A DNA stretch of 64,000 nt. Source: an uncultured Acidobacteriota bacterium (GTDB lineage Bacteria; Acidobacteriota; UBA6911; RPQK01; JAPXNP01). Under the pieces are notes generated by a model that did no database searches, had not been told where the DNA came from, and saw nothing but the letters and a program-made list of their open reading frames with translations. The position numbers and the translations under genes are program-made. Where the stretch lies: positions 596,220 through 660,219 of the forward strand of contig CAWGNQ010000005.1 of assembly GCA_963823995.1 (NCBI GenBank). Direction: 5' to 3'. Below are positions 59,098 to 64,000 of this stretch, one piece after another (the stretch's first letter is position 1; each line of letters opens with the position of its first letter).

Positions 59098-59669
59098 GGC
59101 TCGAACTCCTCGACCGCGCGCTCGAGCCGCTCCCGGACCGCTGCCTCACCCCCGGTGCGGGCACTGTCCAGGATACCGTTCTCAAACAAACCATAGTAGA
59201 AGCTTTTACGATCGGAATAGCGGGCGAATCGGCGACGGATCGAGTGCCGCGTCCGGCCCAGCTCCGCAAGCAGAACGGCGAACTCCGAGCCGAAGTCCTG
59301 CTCGAGCCGCCTCCGGATCCAGCCGGCCAGCGCAGGGCTGGCGCCACCCGTCGAAACCGCGATCTGCAGATCGCCTCGGTGCAGAACAGCGGGAAGGATG
59401 AAGGAGCAGAACTGCGGCTTGTCGACAATGTTGACGAAGATGCGGTGACGGCCTCCAAATTCCTGAATCGTCCGGGCCAGCTCTTCATCGACATCGGCAA
59501 CAATGAGGAAGTGGTCACGGGCTGTCTCTTCGTGGAATCCGACACTTCTGCTGACGCGGGCTCCGGCTCGTTCGAGCGCCGAGGCTTTCTCTTCGCACAG
59601 ATCGCCGGTCCCGACGACGAGACAGGGTTTGTCGCGAAGGTCGAGGAAGGCGGGATAGTAGCGGTTCAA
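59094..59669 (-). CDS. precorrin-2 dehydrogenase/sirohydrochlorin ferrochelatase (CysG N-terminal-like)
   Basis: YYPAFLDL, VNIVDKP..CSFILPA, IAVSTGGASPALA. Confidence 0.88.
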   Translation of the reverse strand: MNRYYPAFLDLRDKPCLVVGTGDLCEEKASALERAGARVSRSVGFHEETARDHFLIVADVDEELARTIQEFGGRHRIFVNIVDKPQFCSFILPAVLHRGDLQIAVSTGGASPALAGWIRRRLEQDFGSEFAVLLAELGRTRHSIRRRFARYSDRKSFYYGLFENGILDSARTGGEAAVRERLERAVEEFEP

Positions 59670-61348
59670 ACGGCGACCTCCTCCGAAAGGCTGCCCCGCA
59701 ACGATTCCACACCGACACGATGACAGAAATCCCCGAAATGCTCGTCCGCTCTCCGACTCCGTCTGAAAAGTGCGATCAGGCGTCCGATCTCGGTCGCCAG
59801 ATGCTCAGCCTGAACATCTTCGAAGAGGAGTTTCGCCAGTCGAGTCCCCGACCGATTTCCTCCCACCAGAAGGTTGTAGCCGTTGACCGATTTGCCGATC
59901 AGACCGATCTCCGCAACCGGAGGCCTGGAGCATGAGTTCGGGCACCCGGACATACGGATCTTGATCGGTTCATCGCCGAAACCGGCATCCTCGAGCTCGT
60001 CGATCAACGAAGGCAGTCTTCTTTCGGCCTCGGTGATCGCGAGTCCGCACGTCGGCAAGGCCGGGCACGCCAGACTGTTGGTCCGAAGCGGCGAATCTCC
60101 CTGGACGACGATCCCATACATCTCGGCGAGACGCCGGACCTCGGCGACCGATTCTTCCGGAATGTCGGCGAGGATCAGATCCTGATTCGGCGTGAGTATG
60201 ATGGTGGGTCCGACGAGATCGACGAGTGCACGCAGTGCCGTCTTCAGCTTCCAGTCGTGTCGGTCCTCGATGCGTCCGTTTTCGACGAAGATTCCCAGGA
60301 AGTGACGGCCTTCGTTTTGCTGCTCGTGCCAGCCAAAATGGTAACCGGTCGGTCCGATCACCCAGGGTCGGACGTCCGAGAGGGTCTGTCCGAAGCGAGT
60401 CTCGACCTCCCTGCGAAAGTCCTCGATGCCGAGCTTCTCGACCAGATATTTCATGCGCGCCTGGCGCCGGTCCTCGCGGTTTCCCAGGTCCCGCTGAGTG
60501 AGCACGATCGCCTCGAGCAGGTCCAGAAGCCGATCGGGCGGAACGAACGCCAGCGGCGTGGCCAGCCTGGGATAGGTTTCCTCCTTGAGATGCGTGCTGC
60601 CCATCCCGCCTCCGACGAAGATGTTGAATCCCTCCAGCCCACCGTTTCGAAGGATGGGAAGGACTCCGACATCGTTGGTCAGGAGGTCGACGCAATTGTC
60701 GTCGGGATCGGCCACGGCAATCTTGAACTTGCGCGGCAGGTAGGTTTTGCCGTAGAGCGGTTCCGATTCCGTCTGCTTCAGTTTCTCGCCGTCGAGCCAA
60801 ATATCGAAGTAGGCAGAGGACTGAAAGGCGAACTTCGCGGCGATCCGAGCAGCCCAGTCACGGCCATCGAACGTCGACCCTTTCAAAAGTCCCGAGACCG
60901 GACAGGCCATGGTGTTGCGGTTCCCGTCCCCGCACGCACCGAAGGTGGAGATCAGACGTTCGCTCAGATGCCGGATCGTCCGTTTGAGACTGTCCTTACC
61001 GACCCCGTGGAACTGAATTCCCTGGCGGGTCGTAATGCGCAGGGTCCCTTCACCGTAGAGATCGGCGATTTCATCGAGAGCCCTCCACTGTTCCGAGCTC
61101 AGACGGCCTCCTCCCGGGTTTTTGATGCGGACCATGAACTGATAGGCTTTTTCGCGTCCTCCCTTTCGCCGGACCTTGCGCTGGTCCCGGTCATCCTGCT
61201 GATAGATGCCATGGAACTTCAGCAACTGGACGCTTTCCTTCGAGAAATGGCTGGCATCTTCGGCGAGTTCGTGAGCGATCGAACCACGAAGACCCCGGCT
61301 GGCCTCTTTGATGCGTTCTATCTTGGATCGTTTGGGCTGGTCATTCAT
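59666..61348 (-). CDS. cysI: assimilatory sulfite reductase, siroheme/4Fe-4S subunit
   Basis: KFHGIYQQDDRD, RITTRQ, GACGD..RN, YLPRKFKIA, ACPALPTCGLA, MSGCPNSC; no flavoprotein gene adjacent. Confidence 0.88.
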   Translation of the reverse strand: MNDQPKRSKIERIKEASRGLRGSIAHELAEDASHFSKESVQLLKFHGIYQQDDRDQRKVRRKGGREKAYQFMVRIKNPGGGRLSSEQWRALDEIADLYGEGTLRITTRQGIQFHGVGKDSLKRTIRHLSERLISTFGACGDGNRNTMACPVSGLLKGSTFDGRDWAARIAAKFAFQSSAYFDIWLDGEKLKQTESEPLYGKTYLPRKFKIAVADPDDNCVDLLTNDVGVLPILRNGGLEGFNIFVGGGMGSTHLKEETYPRLATPLAFVPPDRLLDLLEAIVLTQRDLGNREDRRQARMKYLVEKLGIEDFRREVETRFGQTLSDVRPWVIGPTGYHFGWHEQQNEGRHFLGIFVENGRIEDRHDWKLKTALRALVDLVGPTIILTPNQDLILADIPEESVAEVRRLAEMYGIVVQGDSPLRTNSLACPALPTCGLAITEAERRLPSLIDELEDAGFGDEPIKIRMSGCPNSCSRPPVAEIGLIGKSVNGYNLLVGGNRSGTRLAKLLFEDVQAEHLATEIGRLIALFRRSRRADEHFGDFCHRVGVESLRGSLSEEVAV

Positions 61349-61358
61349 ACTAGAGTAA

Positions 61359-61387
61359 TCCTATAGGAATTATGCTATCGAGATAGC
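61359..61387 (-). promoter_or_regulatory. CymR-like box ATAATTCCTAT with adjacent palindromes
   Basis: Minus strand ATAATTCCTAT (61373..61363); palindrome TCCTATAGGA (61359-61368); inverted repeat GCTATC-GA-GATAGC (61374-61387). Confidence 0.5.
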
Positions 61388-61553
61388 TTACCCGTTATGC
61401 CGTACGGGCGTCAACCATCGGTACGCAAATGAAATGGATCGAGGCAGAGTCTTGCGGACTTCAGTGACCGCTCCAGGCTCGCTGCAAACAATACGGGAAC
61501 GACTTCCCATTCGGGCGATTGGAGCTCGGAACCCCGGAATCTGCACCGCGAAC

Positions 61554-62807
61554 TCAGCCGGAGGCGAGCAACTGGTTGGCCCATGCCACGGCCGACTGGT
61601 AGGCTTGTCGGACTCCGTCCCCTTCCAGTCCCAGGCGACCGATCATCGCATCGGCCAGGGCCGTATTCCCGTCCTCCAGTGCTTCCGCCAGTTCGAGCAG
61701 CGGAAGGTATTCGTTGTTGGTCTCCCGGCGAAGTGCACCCTTGAGCTTCTCTTCGACGGGAAGATAGCGGACCGCCTCCGACATGGGCATGGCCAACATG
61801 GCATCGAGAAGCGAGAACAGGCCGAGCATTTGGAGGCTCTCCGGATCGAAGCCCCAGTAATCGAATCGCTGTCCGAGGAGTTCCAGGAATCGTCCGCGCT
61901 GAGCCGCCAGGTAAACCAACTCGGACGCGTGGGTCGTCTGTCCCATATCACTGAGGATGGCCACTCTCAGCCATTGGCGCATCCGGGTCCAGCCGAGCAG
62001 AGTGATCGCCTGACGAATCGACTTGATGTTCTGTCGGAAGCCGAAGGCCGCGGAATTGAGATATCCGAGCAGGCGGAAACTCAGAGCCGCATCCGACTGA
62101 ATCGCTTCGGCGAGCTTCGGGAAATCCGGATCTCCCTCCTCGATCAGCCCCATGAGGCGAAGGCGCGCTACCTCGTTGGAGGTGATTCGTCGTACCGGAA
62201 CATCTTCGGGAGACTTGAAATATCCTCCCTGGAAGAGCTGAAAGCCCGCTTCCTGACATGCTGACAGCTGGGCGCGATCGCTAATACCCCGCGCCAGCAG
62301 TTGCCCCGGATAACTGCGCAGCCTCCGCGCGGTTTCAGCCGGACGCTGGGTCCCCGCGATCCGCACACAGAGGATGTCGGCAATTCCATAGATCTTCTCC
62401 CATCGTGAATCTCCGCTGAAGCCTGCCAGGGCCAACAGGTACCCACTGCTCTTCAGCTCCTCGAGCGCCGACTGAACTTCGCGGGGATGGATCGCTCCCT
62501 CCGAGATCTCGACGGCCGCCAGCGCCGGAGGAAGCGCGTATGGAATCTGATCGAGAACAGCCTTTTCCCCAAAAGGAACGACCAGCCGCTTGCCTCGGTC
62601 GGAGACCTCCTGCAGGCCGATGTATGCGCTCGAGGCAAGGCAGGACAAGGCCTGGTCCGCCTCTTCGGATCCCTCCGCGGTCTTTCCTCCATACAGACAC
62701 CGGATCTCATAGCCCCAGAGCTTCTGCTGGTCATCGAAGATCGGACGTCGCACCAGCACGTGTGAGGTATTCTGTTCCATGATCCAATCCGGGTCCTTTG
62801 CCGCCAT
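61554..62807 (-). CDS. degenerate EAL plus HDOD domain protein (YuxH-like)
   Basis: RRPIFD...GYE, GFQLFQGGYF..P, DAALSFRLL.YLNSA, GLFSLLDAML; start may be 62780. Confidence 0.85.
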   Translation of the reverse strand: MAAKDPDWIMEQNTSHVLVRRPIFDDQQKLWGYEIRCLYGGKTAEGSEEADQALSCLASSAYIGLQEVSDRGKRLVVPFGEKAVLDQIPYALPPALAAVEISEGAIHPREVQSALEELKSSGYLLALAGFSGDSRWEKIYGIADILCVRIAGTQRPAETARRLRSYPGQLLARGISDRAQLSACQEAGFQLFQGGYFKSPEDVPVRRITSNEVARLRLMGLIEEGDPDFPKLAEAIQSDAALSFRLLGYLNSAAFGFRQNIKSIRQAITLLGWTRMRQWLRVAILSDMGQTTHASELVYLAAQRGRFLELLGQRFDYWGFDPESLQMLGLFSLLDAMLAMPMSEAVRYLPVEEKLKGALRRETNNEYLPLLELAEALEDGNTALADAMIGRLGLEGDGVRQAYQSAVAWANQLLASG

Positions 62808-62828
62808 TTCTGCACCCGACGGCTTCGG

Positions 62829-64000
62829 TTACTCGAGGTCGAGCGCCGACACTCTCCAGATATTCCGGGCATATTCGAGCACTGAACGGTCGCTTGAGAA
62901 TCGTCCCATTCTGGCACTGTTGAGGATCGAGCGTCGAGCCCACTCGCCAGTTTCTCGATACAGGCTACTGACGCGATTCTGCGCCTCGACATATGCACGA
63001 AAGTCCGCCAGTACCTGGAAGAAGTCCCCCCACTCGAGCAATGACTGCACGATCGGCCGGAACAGACCCGGTTCATCCGGCGAGAAGCTGCCCTCGTCAA
63101 TCATGTTCAGAGCCTGTTGCAGTTCAGGGTCGCTTTGATAGAACTCGCGAGAATCCCGCCCCTCCGCCCGGCGCGCTGCAACCTCATCGACGCTCAGGCC
63201 GAAGGTGAAGGTATTCTCCTTTCCGACTGCCTCCATGATCTCGATGTTGGCCCCATCAAGGGTACCGATCGTGAGGGCTCCATTGAGGGCGAACTTCATG
63301 TTGCCGGTCCCGGACGCCTCCATGCCCGCGGTCGAGATCTGCTCCGAGAGGTCCGCAGCGGGAATCACTTTCTCCGCCTGGGAGACACAGTAGTTCGGAA
63401 GGAAGAGTACCCGCAGGCGTCCTCCCACTTCCGGGTCGCGGTTGACGGCCTCGGCTACGGAGTTGATCAGCTTGATGATGAGCTTCGCCTGACGATAGGC
63501 AGGAGCAGCCTTACCTGCGAAAACCACGGTGCGAGGCACGAAGGAGCCCCGGGGCTGGGCCTTGATCCGGTTGAACAATGTGACGACATGGAGCACGTTG
63601 AGCAGCTGTCGCTTGTATTCGTGGATCCGTTTGACCTGGACGTCGAACAGCGTGTCCGGATTGACTCCAAGTCCCGATTTGCGCAGGACGTAGCGAGCCA
63701 GTCGCTTTTTGTTCTGTCGTTTGGCTTCCATCCATTCGTCACGAAAGCCTGCGTCCTCGGCCAGAGGAACCAGATTCTCCAGAAGCTCCAGTTCCGTGAC
63801 CCAGTCGGGACCGATTGCGCGGGTGATCAACTGGGAGAGCTCCGGGTTCGCCTGAAAGAGCCAGCGGCGCGGCGTTATTCCGTTGGTGACGTTGCGGATC
63901 CTTCCGGGAAACAGCTCTTCGAAATCCCTGAACAGGTTCCGCTTGAGAATCTCGGTGTGCAGGGCCGCCACACCGTTGACCGCGTGACCTCCGGCGATGG
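62829..64000 (-). CDS. glgP: glycogen/alpha-glucan phosphorylase (3' part; start lies outside the window)
   Basis: VNGVAALH, TNGITPRRW, QVKRIHEYKRQ, GKAAP, EASGTGNMKF, GTLDGANIE, FSSDR. Confidence 0.96.
   Translation of the reverse strand, partial: IAGGHAVNGVAALHTEILKRNLFRDFEELFPGRIRNVTNGITPRRWLFQANPELSQLITRAIGPDWVTELELLENLVPLAEDAGFRDEWMEAKRQNKKRLARYVLRKSGLGVNPDTLFDVQVKRIHEYKRQLLNVLHVVTLFNRIKAQPRGSFVPRTVVFAGKAAPAYRQAKLIIKLINSVAEAVNRDPEVGGRLRVLFLPNYCVSQAEKVIPAADLSEQISTAGMEASGTGNMKFALNGALTIGTLDGANIEIMEAVGKENTFTFGLSVDEVAARRAEGRDSREFYQSDPELQQALNMIDEGSFSPDEPGLFRPIVQSLLEWGDFFQVLADFRAYVEAQNRVSSLYRETGEWARRSILNSARMGRFSSDRSVLEYARNIWRVSALDLE

Overview
GC-rich bacterial chromosomal segment with dense coding. 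Several gene styles suggest Acidobacteriota (inference: short SucA, bacillithiol genes, MacB-type permeases next to PadR, a VWA-protein remnant). No rRNA, tRNA, CRISPR array, integrase or transposase was recognised. Main blocks: a MOSC protein, Tat-exported oxidoreductases, an orphan sucA, a bacillithiol operon (DapA-like aldolase, bshC, polyprenyl sugar-phosphate transferase, bshB1, bshA), a type III PKS cluster (secreted chalcone-isomerase-like protein, two methyltransferases, FAD oxidoreductase, PKS, divergent SDR), an IorAB-type molybdoenzyme, the glgE-treS/maltokinase-glgB alpha-glucan pathway, two MacAB-like export clusters, mgtE, a multidomain GH10 xylanase, a Cache-only sensor, an ECF sigma/anti-sigma/Spy-like module, a sulfite reductase-siroheme operon, an EAL-HDOD protein and a partial glgP. 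The best leads are the PKS/CHI-fold cluster, a recurring ECF-type promoter motif (AAC-N17-CGTA) that outlines a candidate regulon, the interrupted bacillithiol operon and a CymR-like box upstream of the sulfite reductase. All family calls come from reading motifs by eye; no database search was run.
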